A program made the translations under genes and the position numbers. This document shows, piece by piece, positions 1 through 8,023 of a stretch of 41,827 bases of DNA. Each line of letters opens with the position of its first letter. The stretch's first letter is position 1. Under the pieces are notes generated by a model that was not told the origin of the DNA, ran no database searches, and saw only the letters and a program-made list of their open reading frames with translations. This DNA comes from Candidatus Bathyarchaeota archaeon (GTDB lineage Archaea > Thermoproteota > Bathyarchaeia > 40CM-2-53-6 > CALIRQ01): NCBI GenBank assembly GCA_028275385.1, contig JAPWUR010000002.1, positions 1 to 41,827 on the forward strand, read 5' to 3'.

Positions 1-247
1 GGGGGAGCTATAGGATCACGAACTTGGGCATCATGCGGATGAAGGAGATGTTGGAATCGGGCCAGGAGGGGATGTGACCGGGGGGAAGGCGGGCTTGGGA
101 ACGCGCCCATTTGGAGGCGCGGCGGCGGGAGTTTGAGGCTCCCAGGAGGAGGGTGAAATGGTCCACCGCGCCCAGGATATAGTAGGCAATGGGGAAATAA
201 GTAATTTACTGTTGAGGGGGCCGAGGGCCCCCATCCCGGACGCCCTC

Positions 248-1243
248 ATGAGGCTCAGCTTCGATAGCCTCGAGCGGCTATCGCCGATGAGGGGGGTCCT
301 CGGCGAGGGCCTCGAGGCGCCCGAGGAGCCCCCCTTGGAGATCGGGGCCCCCACGGCCCCAGTGGAGCCCATAAGGGTCGCCCCGAGGGAGTGCGATTCC
401 CCGATAGCGGCCGTAGACGTATCCGCCTCCAAGGTCGGGGAGACCAGGGAGGGGATCGTGGTGGCCCTGAGGGGGGCCGTCGTATGGAGGATCGGCCGCT
501 CCCATCGCTACCTGAGGTACGGCCCGCTCCCGTTCCACATAGCCGAGGGCTCGGCCGATCCGATGCTGGGCCTCATGGAGGCCCCGGGGGGCGAAGACCT
601 CGAGCAGCCCCAATCGGGCTTGATTCAAATAACGGCGCGATTGAGGAACCTCATGGAGCGATGGCTCCAGGAATCGATCTGCTCCTCGTTCAGGGATTCC
701 ATAATACTCTTCGATGGCTCCCTCACGGCCGGGACCCCAGATAACCCGGCGGGGGCCCTGAGGAGGATATTGGAGGAGGCGAGGGGGAACGGGAACTCTG
801 TCCTGGCCTTCTCGAAGGCCACGAGGCTCCTATACAACGGCCGGAGCGTCCTCGAGCTGGCCAGGGGGGCCGATCCGCCCTACGTGATCGATATAGACGA
901 GCTGATCTCCAGGGCCTTCCCATCGCATCCGATAAAGCTCCTCGGGAGGGTTTACGTATCGAGGCTATCCCGGGATGGCCCGGCGTTCAGGCTAGATGCC
1001 GATAGGGGGATCGGCCCGGATGGGGCCCTCGACGCCATATCGAAGCTCCTGGGATCCGATATAGCGAGCGCCGGATACCCCGAATGCCTCAAGCTGGCCC
1101 ATATATTGAGCGCCTTCACGGCGAACGAGATCGTGGGGATACAGAGGTTCCTATCGGGTCATAGGGGGATACAGCTCATCCAGAGGCCGAACCTGAGGAG
1201 GATCCTCTTCGGCCCATTCGGGGGCTGGGGCGGGGCGGCTTGA
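248..1243 (+). CDS. nurA: NurA-family nuclease (putative)
   Basis: Track ORF 158..1243. Met31 (ATG 248) is preferred because an AT-rich TATA-like patch (aaataagtaatttac, 195-209) lies about 40 nt upstream. NurA-like motif order: AAVDVS near the N-terminus, ILFDGSL, AFSKAT, C-terminal GYPECLKLAHILS. The stop TGA 1241-1243 is 1 nt from the ATG of the next ORF. Confidence 0.6.
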   Translation: MRLSFDSLERLSPMRGVLGEGLEAPEEPPLEIGAPTAPVEPIRVAPRECDSPIAAVDVSASKVGETREGIVVALRGAVVWRIGRSHRYLRYGPLPFHIAEGSADPMLGLMEAPGGEDLEQPQSGLIQITARLRNLMERWLQESICSSFRDSIILFDGSLTAGTPDNPAGALRRILEEARGNGNSVLAFSKATRLLYNGRSVLELARGADPPYVIDIDELISRAFPSHPIKLLGRVYVSRLSRDGPAFRLDADRGIGPDGALDAISKLLGSDIASAGYPECLKLAHILSAFTANEIVGIQRFLSGHRGIQLIQRPNLRRILFGPFGGWGGAA

Positions 1244-1244
1244 G

Positions 1245-2678
1245 ATGAAGTTCTACAAGAAGGAGGGGAACACGGCCCACGTAATAGCCTTCCCGGACGA
1301 GGAGGCGGAGAGGGGGGATTACCTACTCATAGAGGATCGGGAGAGCGGGAGGGGGCTGATCGCGCAGGTGATCGATGTCCAATTCGTCAACCTGCCGGGC
1401 ATCCTCGAGGACCTCCTCAGGGATACGATGACCGCCGGATCGGTCGAGGGGGAGGACGAGGACCCCTTCGGGGTCTCCTCGCAGGTCGCCTATTTGAAGG
1501 ATGCTAGGCTATTGGTTTGCAAGATAAGGGGGGCCATCGAGGGGGGGAGGCTATTGGCCCATGCGCCGTGGCTCCCATCGAGGATAGGGTCGATCGTCAG
1601 GAGGATATCGATCGAGGAGCTATTGTGCGATGGGGATCCGAAGAGGCCGATAAGGCTGGGGAGGACGAAATCCGGGAAGGGGGTCGTCATAGACGCGAAG
1701 GGGCTCGATGGGAAGCTGAACATAATAATGGGGAGGAAGGGGACCGGGAAATCGCATTTCTCGAAGCTCTTGCTATTGAACCTAGTGAAATACGGGGCCC
1801 CATGCCTGGTCTTCGATATAAACGGGGAATACGTGAACCTCGGCAGGGATTGGGACGGCCGCCCGAACGAGTTCGGCGATAGGATAATGGTCCTGAGGCC
1901 GGGCGCCCAGAGGTTCGATGTTAGGAGCGTGGGCCTGAGGGCCATGATGGATATCCTGCTCCACGCCCTCGATCTGCCTCCGACCTCCGCGAAGGTCTTC
2001 GCGAGCATGTGGAAGGAGCTGGCCGCGAGGGACGCCCTCAGCCTCGGCTCGATCGGGACCGCCATCCAATGCTGGAGCTGCCACGAGAGCGTTCGGGAGG
2101 CCCTCGCCTCCAGGTATCACTCCCTCGTCGAATCGGGCGTATTCGGGGACGAGGGCTGCATGGATTTCGGCGAGATCGCCAAGTGGCTCGGGGACGGGAA
2201 CGCGGTCGTGGTGAATATGAGGAACAAATCATCGCTCTCGCGTAGAATAATCGTGGAGCTATTCCTCGGGAAGCTGACCGAGCTCCTATCCGCCGGGGCC
2301 CTGAGGGCCGTATTCCTATTCGCCGAGGAGGCGCACCTATACCTGGGGGATACCTATTGGGACGACGTCGTCACGAGGATGAGGCACTTGGGGATATTCG
2401 CCACCTTCATCACAAACCAGCCAGAGACCATAAGGGAGGGGATCTATAGGCAGGCCGATAATATATTCCTCTTCAACTTCGCCAACGACCACGACCTGGA
2501 GTTCGTTTCCAAGACGGCGAAGCTCGACGCCGATAGCGTCAAGCTCCTCGTGAGCGGGCTCCCGGAGAGGCATTGCCTAACCATAGGGGAGGCCGTCAGG
2601 AACTTCCCACTGATATTCGAGGTGGAGAGGCTATCGGCGGATACCCTCGGCCAAACCAGGTATTTCTTTAACGATTGA
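1245..2678 (+). CDS. herA: HerA-like FtsK/HerA-superfamily ATPase (DUF87 type)
   Basis: 477 aa. N-terminal barrel-like segment (YLLIEDRESGRGLIAQVIDV), Walker A GRKGTGKSH, Walker B VFLFAEEAH, downstream FITNQP. Start is coupled to the NurA-like ORF. Confidence 0.7.
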   Translation: MKFYKKEGNTAHVIAFPDEEAERGDYLLIEDRESGRGLIAQVIDVQFVNLPGILEDLLRDTMTAGSVEGEDEDPFGVSSQVAYLKDARLLVCKIRGAIEGGRLLAHAPWLPSRIGSIVRRISIEELLCDGDPKRPIRLGRTKSGKGVVIDAKGLDGKLNIIMGRKGTGKSHFSKLLLLNLVKYGAPCLVFDINGEYVNLGRDWDGRPNEFGDRIMVLRPGAQRFDVRSVGLRAMMDILLHALDLPPTSAKVFASMWKELAARDALSLGSIGTAIQCWSCHESVREALASRYHSLVESGVFGDEGCMDFGEIAKWLGDGNAVVVNMRNKSSLSRRIIVELFLGKLTELLSAGALRAVFLFAEEAHLYLGDTYWDDVVTRMRHLGIFATFITNQPETIREGIYRQADNIFLFNFANDHDLEFVSKTAKLDADSVKLLVSGLPERHCLTIGEAVRNFPLIFEVERLSADTLGQTRYFFND

Positions 2679-2687
2679 CGGCCCCAA

Positions 2688-3632
2688 TTGTGGCGATGGC
2701 CCATGCGGGACGGGAGGGGCGAGAGGAGGGCCGTGAGGGCGGAGGAGGTCGAATGGGAGGCGAGGGGCGTGAAATCGATAGCCTTCAGGGATCGGTTCCT
2801 CTCGAGGGCCCTGCCGGGGCAATTCGCGATGATCTGGATCCCGGGGGTCGATGAGATCCCGATGAGCGTCTCCAGGATCGGGCCCGGGGAATGGGCATCG
2901 ATAACCGTGAAGGGGGTCGGGGAGGCGACCGGGGCCCTGCTGGGGATCGAGGCGGGGGATCGGATTTGGGTCAGGGGGCCGTATGGGACGCATTACGAAT
3001 TCGAGGGCTCCCGGAGGCCCCTGCTGGTGGCAGGCGGGATCGGGGCCGCGTCCCTGATGCCCTTGGCCGAGGCGATGGCGGCGGGGGACAGGATCCCGAC
3101 GATGGTGATGGGGGGGAGGTCCATCGGCGAGATCCCCCTTATCCGGAGGGCCGGGGCGCTCGAGGCCTCCGGGCGATTGAGGCTCGTCCTGGCGACTGAG
3201 GACGGCTCGGCGGGGGTTAGGGGATTGGCGTCGGAGGCGGCGGAGCGCCTCCTGGGTGAGGGCGATCACGACTCCATCTTCGCCTGCGGCCCCGAGCCGA
3301 TGATCGCCGCCCTGCTCGGGATCGCGGGGCGGATTGGGGTCCCCCTCCAAGCCAGCTTGGAGAGGATGATGAAATGCGGGGTCGGCATATGCGGCAGCTG
3401 CTCCATCGATGGCCTCAGGGTATGCCGGGATGGCCCGGTCTTCGGGATGGGGGCGCTCATGGGGATGGCTGACCTCGGGAGGGTCCGGATGGACGAGAGC
3501 GGGGCGAAGGTCCCGGTGAGCGCCCGGGGCGCCGCCGGGGAGGGCGGATCCCCCAATGCCGGGCGGCCCGGGGGCGGGCGTGGCCAAGGAAACCCTTTTA
3601 AGCCCCAAGCCCGGAATGGGCCGATGGGGTGA
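2688..3632 (+). CDS. PyrK-like FAD/NAD-binding oxidoreductase subunit with 2Fe-2S motif
   Basis: LPGQFAMIWIPGVDEIPMS (flavin-binding barrel), LLVAGGIGAASL (NAD fold), MKCGVGICGSCSIDGLRVCRDGPVF (PyrK-type Cys cluster). The start could be TTG 2688 or ATG 2703. The last roughly 50 aa are a Gly/Pro/Arg-rich tail. Confidence 0.7.
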   Translation: MWRWPMRDGRGERRAVRAEEVEWEARGVKSIAFRDRFLSRALPGQFAMIWIPGVDEIPMSVSRIGPGEWASITVKGVGEATGALLGIEAGDRIWVRGPYGTHYEFEGSRRPLLVAGGIGAASLMPLAEAMAAGDRIPTMVMGGRSIGEIPLIRRAGALEASGRLRLVLATEDGSAGVRGLASEAAERLLGEGDHDSIFACGPEPMIAALLGIAGRIGVPLQASLERMMKCGVGICGSCSIDGLRVCRDGPVFGMGALMGMADLGRVRMDESGAKVPVSARGAAGEGGSPNAGRPGGGRGQGNPFKPQARNGPMG

Positions 3633-3823
3633 TGGGCCATCCCAACCCACGGATCCATAACTAAGGCCGGGAAGGTCAGGTCCCAAACTCCGAAGATCCA
3701 GGGGCGCGAGAGGAGGTCCCCGATCCCGAGGGTCAGGGTTAGATCCCTGGTCAGGAAGAGGCTGATCCTCGGGAGGAAGCCGGGCCAGAATTGGGGGATC
3801 GGCTAGGCCCGCCCCGATCCGCT

Positions 3824-4948
3824 TCACCCGATCCGCCGCGCCCGTAGCCTCCTTAGGGCATCGAGCTTCTCCCTATCCCCGAGCCTCGATTCCTCTATGG
3901 CCCTGCTGAGGAACCCTATGGCCTCATCCATGGCCCTTTTATCGACGGGGAACGGGACCCCGTCCTTCCCGCCGAAGGCGAACGAGAACCTGGCCGGATC
4001 CCTCCAGCTGGGCGCAGCGCCGTATATGAGCTCGGCTATCAGGGCCAACCCCCTGACAGTCGAGGGCCCTATCCCCCTTATGGCCAATAGCTCCTCGTAA
4101 TCCCTGGGCTGGATCTCGTAGGCCGCCTCCAGGGCCTCCCAATCCATCCTCCTCGGGACCCTGTATTCCACCAGGGGCCCCGGCATCGGCCCGGGTCGAG
4201 GGGCCCCTGGGATCCACCCATCGATCCTGGCCTGGGCCCCGTGGGGCAATGAGGCCAAGAGCCTCCTGAGCCTCTTGGCGCCCTCCTTCGATAGATCGCA
4301 GGAAGCCCTCCTGGCCTCCTCGCTGGCCCCCGCAGTCATATCGAGGACCCTCCCGTGGAGGGCTTGGGCCGCGATGCCCCTATGGGGCTCGCGGACGAAG
4401 CTCTCGAGGCCCTCGGAGATCCAATGATACCTCCTGGCCATCCCTGTGGCCGGGTTCATCCCCTGCTGCACGACGGCCCATTCCAGATCCTCGCCCACGA
4501 AGAGCGAATGATGGTATAGCGCATAGCCGTCCTGAACGGCCGCGTTATCGACCTTCGCGGCCATCCTGCTGGCGTATTTGAGGCGGGCGACCTCCTCGCA
4601 TGAGAGGCCCATGGCCGATCCGAGGGCATCGAGCTCCTCCGGGGCCGCCTTCGCATATCTGCCCTTCCCGCCGACGGCCTTGACGCCCGCGTCGATCGAA
4701 TTCAGCGCCGCCTTCAGGGCGTAGCAGGTGGTGGTCGTGGATCCGCTGCTATCCCAATCGAACCCGAGCGCGTTCGAGCAGGCCTGGAAGAAGAGGGGGT
4801 CGGATATCCGGGCCAATATCTCCCGGCTGCCGTATTCGTCGTATATGGCCCGGAAGATCCCCTTCGCCAGGGCTATCATCCGGGCCAATAGCCAGCCCGG
4901 GGCCTCGCCCCGATGGAGCCTAAGCTCCGCCAGGCCCGCCCGCCTCAT
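3824..4948 (-). CDS. DUF763-family conserved protein with C-terminal helix-hairpin-helix
   Basis: N-terminus LHRGEAPGWLLARM...FFQACSNALGFDWDSSGSTTTT matches my memory of the DUF763 family. C-terminal LLAIRGIGPSTVRGLALIAELIYG is HhH-like. A TATA box lies about 36-43 nt upstream. Confidence 0.65.
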   Translation of the reverse strand: MRRAGLAELRLHRGEAPGWLLARMIALAKGIFRAIYDEYGSREILARISDPLFFQACSNALGFDWDSSGSTTTTCYALKAALNSIDAGVKAVGGKGRYAKAAPEELDALGSAMGLSCEEVARLKYASRMAAKVDNAAVQDGYALYHHSLFVGEDLEWAVVQQGMNPATGMARRYHWISEGLESFVREPHRGIAAQALHGRVLDMTAGASEEARRASCDLSKEGAKRLRRLLASLPHGAQARIDGWIPGAPRPGPMPGPLVEYRVPRRMDWEALEAAYEIQPRDYEELLAIRGIGPSTVRGLALIAELIYGAAPSWRDPARFSFAFGGKDGVPFPVDKRAMDEAIGFLSRAIEESRLGDREKLDALRRLRARRIG

Positions 4949-4983
4949 GGCCCCCCGCTTCCGAGTTCATCTCCCGGGGGCCC

Positions 4984-4991
4984 TTTTTATA
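4984..4991 (-). promoter_or_regulatory. TATA-like box for the DUF763 gene
   Basis: The plus strand reads tttttata (TATAAAAA on the minus strand), 36-43 nt upstream of the start at 4948. Confidence 0.45.
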
Positions 4992-5064
4992 GTTGCCATC
5001 GAGCCCGGGGGGATCGCCACCGCGAACCGCCAGCCCATTCGGCGACCCCGAATGCCTCCACCGA

Positions 5065-5072
5065 TTTATAAG
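5065..5072 (+). promoter_or_regulatory. TATA-like box for elp3
   Basis: tttataag, 30-37 nt upstream of ATG 5102, implying a leaderless or near-leaderless mRNA. Confidence 0.5.
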
Positions 5073-5101
5073 GGGGGCCGGGGAACCCCATCCGGGCGAG
5101 G

Positions 5102-6679
5102 ATGCGGGACGCTTGCGCAATGGAGCGCGGGATCGCGGATAGGGTCCTGGAGGAAGCCCTGGCCAGCGGAGCCCCCATCCAGGAGGTCAAGCTCAGGGTC
5201 TCCAAGGAGCTCGGCTTGGCGAGGGTCCCGAGGAACTCGGACCTACTGCGGCTCGCCCCGCCGGGGCTCGGGGATGCGATCGCCGGGAGGCTGATGCTCA
5301 AGAGGACCAGGAGCCTATCTGGAGTGAACGTCGTAGCCGTCATGGCCAAGCCCTGGCCCTGCCCTCACGGGAGGTGCGCCTATTGCCCCTCGGTGCCCGG
5401 CGTCCCGATGAGCTATACGGGCAGGGAGCCATCGGCCATGAGGGGGATCCAGAACGATTTCGATCCATTCCTGCAGGTCCGCAATAGGATCGAGCAATTG
5501 GAGCGGATAGGCCACAGGGTCGGGAAGGTGGAGCTGATAATACAGGGGGGCACGTTCCCGGCGATGCCGCGGGATTATCAGGAGAGCTTCGTGAGGGATT
5601 GCCTCGACGCCCTCGCCGGATCAAGGTCCGGGTCCCTCGAGGAGGCGAAGGCCAGGGCGGAGGAGGCCCGGGTCAAGAACGTGGGCCTGACGGTCGAGAC
5701 GAGGCCCGATTGGGCCAGGGAGGCCGATGTGGATTGGATGCTCCATTTGGGCGTCACGAGGGTCGAGCTGGGGATCCAAACGCTCTTCGACGATATATAC
5801 GAGCTCGTCGGGCGGGGGCATGGGGTCGAGGACGTCGTCAGGGCCATGAGGGTCCTGAAGGACGCGGGGATGAAGGTCGTCGCCCACATGATGCCCGGCC
5901 TCCCCGGATCGGATTTCGAAAGGGATCTCGAGGCATTCAGGCTCCTCTTCGAGGACCCAAGGTTCAAGCCGGATATGCTGAAGATATACCCGACCCTGGT
6001 GCTCGAGGGGACGAGGCTCCACGAGATGTGGCTGAGGGGCGAATACGAGCCGCTCACGACAGAGGAGGCGATCGAGCTCATAGCCGAGGTCAAGGCCATG
6101 ACCCCGCGATACGTCAGGATAATGAGGATCCAAAGGGATATACCGTCCCATTTGATAATCGCGGGCGTCAAGAAGAGCAACCTGCGCCAGCTCGTCCTCG
6201 AGAGGCTCCGGGCCGAGGGGAGGCGATGCGAATGCATAAGGTGCCGCGAGGTGGGGCTCAGGGGGATCGCGGCCGACCCCGGCTCGGCGGAGATATCGGC
6301 CCTCAGGTACGAGGCGTCCGGGGGGATCGAGGTCTTCATATCGGCCGAGGTCCCGAGCAGCGACGCGCTAATAGGCTGCCTGAGGCTGAGGATACCCTCC
6401 GAGGGGGCCCATAGGAGGGAGATCGCCTCGAAGAGGAGCGCCATCATAAGGGAGCTCCACGTCTACGGCCCGGCCCTCCCCGTTGGCGAGCGCGAGGATC
6501 GGGCCGCTTGGCAGCACAGGGGGTTCGGAAGGGCGCTCGTGGCCGAGGCCGAGAGGATCGCCAGGGAGGAGTTCGACGCCGAGAAGATCCTGGTCACGAG
6601 CGCCATAGGAACCAAGCCTTATTACAAGAGGCTCGGCTACGATTACGATGGCCCGTATATGAGCAAGGAGTTGGGTTGA
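5102..6679 (+). CDS. elp3: ELP3-type radical SAM / GNAT acetyltransferase (tRNA wobble-uridine modification)
   Basis: Radical-SAM Cys motif CPHGRCAYCP, ELP3-like core (VELIIQGGTF, VETRPD), C-terminal GNAT motif QHRGFGRALVAEAE. 525 aa. Confidence 0.9.
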   Translation: MRDACAMERGIADRVLEEALASGAPIQEVKLRVSKELGLARVPRNSDLLRLAPPGLGDAIAGRLMLKRTRSLSGVNVVAVMAKPWPCPHGRCAYCPSVPGVPMSYTGREPSAMRGIQNDFDPFLQVRNRIEQLERIGHRVGKVELIIQGGTFPAMPRDYQESFVRDCLDALAGSRSGSLEEAKARAEEARVKNVGLTVETRPDWAREADVDWMLHLGVTRVELGIQTLFDDIYELVGRGHGVEDVVRAMRVLKDAGMKVVAHMMPGLPGSDFERDLEAFRLLFEDPRFKPDMLKIYPTLVLEGTRLHEMWLRGEYEPLTTEEAIELIAEVKAMTPRYVRIMRIQRDIPSHLIIAGVKKSNLRQLVLERLRAEGRRCECIRCREVGLRGIAADPGSAEISALRYEASGGIEVFISAEVPSSDALIGCLRLRIPSEGAHRREIASKRSAIIRELHVYGPALPVGEREDRAAWQHRGFGRALVAEAERIAREEFDAEKILVTSAIGTKPYYKRLGYDYDGPYMSKELG

Positions 6680-6686
6680 TTCGGAT

Positions 6687-8012
6687 ATGGCTGAGGATCT
6701 ATCCGGGTACGCCGGCTCGGCCCTCGAGGCGCTCCGGGGGGCCGGGGCCAGGCCGGGCGATAGGATAAGGATAAGGCGGGATGGGGAGGCCTACGAGGGC
6801 GTATTGATCCCCAGGCCGGGGTTCGGGGATCCCGAATCCATAATCGTCAAGCTGCCCAACGGGTATAACATAGGCATCAGGGCCAAGCCCGGGATCGAGG
6901 TCGAGGTCCTGGAGAGGGGGGAGAGGCCCGGGTATAGGAGGGCCCCGATCCCGCCCTTGGGGGAGGGCCTCCCGAGGATAGCCCTCCTGGGGACCGGGGG
7001 GACCATAGCCAGCAGGGTCGATTATAGGACCGGGGCCGTCGAACCGGCCCTATCGGCCGAGGACCTCTACGCGGCCGTCCCGGAGCTCTCGGGGATCGCG
7101 AGGGTCGAGGCCGACGTCCTCTTCAGCGAGTTCAGCGAGAACCTGGAGGCCCGCCATTGGAGGGAGATGGCCATCGGGGCCGCCAAGAGGTTGGAATCGG
7201 GCGCCGAGGGCGTCGTGATAGCCCATGGGACCGATACCATGGGGTATTCGGCTGCGGCGCTCAGCTTCGCCCTCAGGGGGCTCCCGGCGCCCGTGATCCT
7301 CGTCGGGGCCCAAAGGTCCTCCGATAGGCCGAGCTCTGATGCGGCGACGAACCTCATCGGCGCCGCCATATTCGCCTCCAGGGGGCCGTTCGCCGAGGTC
7401 GCGGTCGCGATGCACGAGGGCGTATCGGATGGGCCCATAGCCGCCCACAGGGGCACGAGGGTCAGGAAATGCCACACGAGCCGCAGGGACGCCTTCAAAT
7501 CCATCAATTCCCAGCCCCTGGCCAGGTGCGACGTCAGATCCGGGCGGATCGAGATGCTCGTCGAGGATTATAGGAGGAGGGGGGAGGGGTCGCTCGAGGT
7601 CAGGCCGGACTTCGATGAGAGGGCCCTGCTGCTCAAGTATTACCCGAGCATGGATCCCTCCATAGTGGATTGGGCCGTGGACGAGGGCTATAGGGGAATA
7701 GTATTCGAGGGGACGGGCCTCGGCCACGTCTCCAAGAAGTTCAGCGGCCCGATAAGGAGGGCCGTGGAGGAGGGCGTGGTGGTTTGCATGGCCTCGCAAT
7801 GCCTCTGGGGGAGGGTTAATATGAACGTATATTCCACGGGCCGCGATCTATTGGCCGCGGGCGCCATCCCGCTGGGGGACATGCTGCCCGAGACGGCCCT
7901 GGTGAAGCTCATGTGGGCCCTCGGGCAAACGGGCGATCCCGGGGAGGTCAGGGCCATAATGGCGGCGAACCTGGCGGGCGAGATGTCCGGCAGGACGCTG
8001 TATTGGGGTTGA
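6687..8012 (+). CDS. gatD: Glu-tRNA(Gln) amidotransferase subunit D
   Basis: Asparaginase-type motifs LLGTGGTIAS and IAHGTDTM, 441 aa, immediately upstream of gatE. Confidence 0.9.
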   Translation: MAEDLSGYAGSALEALRGAGARPGDRIRIRRDGEAYEGVLIPRPGFGDPESIIVKLPNGYNIGIRAKPGIEVEVLERGERPGYRRAPIPPLGEGLPRIALLGTGGTIASRVDYRTGAVEPALSAEDLYAAVPELSGIARVEADVLFSEFSENLEARHWREMAIGAAKRLESGAEGVVIAHGTDTMGYSAAALSFALRGLPAPVILVGAQRSSDRPSSDAATNLIGAAIFASRGPFAEVAVAMHEGVSDGPIAAHRGTRVRKCHTSRRDAFKSINSQPLARCDVRSGRIEMLVEDYRRRGEGSLEVRPDFDERALLLKYYPSMDPSIVDWAVDEGYRGIVFEGTGLGHVSKKFSGPIRRAVEEGVVVCMASQCLWGRVNMNVYSTGRDLLAAGAIPLGDMLPETALVKLMWALGQTGDPGEVRAIMAANLAGEMSGRTLYWG

Positions 8013-8023
8013 GGGCCTTGGGG

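Noticed and set aside
3-77. Possible 3' end of a plus-strand gene running in from the left edge (...SYRITNLGIMRMKEMLESGQEGM, stop at 75-77).
   Set aside because: Only 24 codons are visible and no motif is recognisable, so it cannot be supported as a feature.
2631-3827. 398-aa minus-strand ORF. Similar long ORFs: 12534..13319, 15136..16569, 19664..20854, 20862..21920, 22335..23159, 17711..18349.
   Set aside because: All are Arg/Gly/Pro-rich shadow frames lying antisense to, or out of frame with, genes that have strong motif support (PyrK-like, pncB, rtcB, mobB/hisC, clp1-like). This is typical of open frames in GC-rich DNA.
7913-8023. N-terminal extension of gatE that overlaps gatD by 100 nt.
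   Set aside because: The extension is Gly/Arg-rich and non-conserved-looking. The canonical GatE N-terminus begins at ATG 8024, just after the gatD stop.
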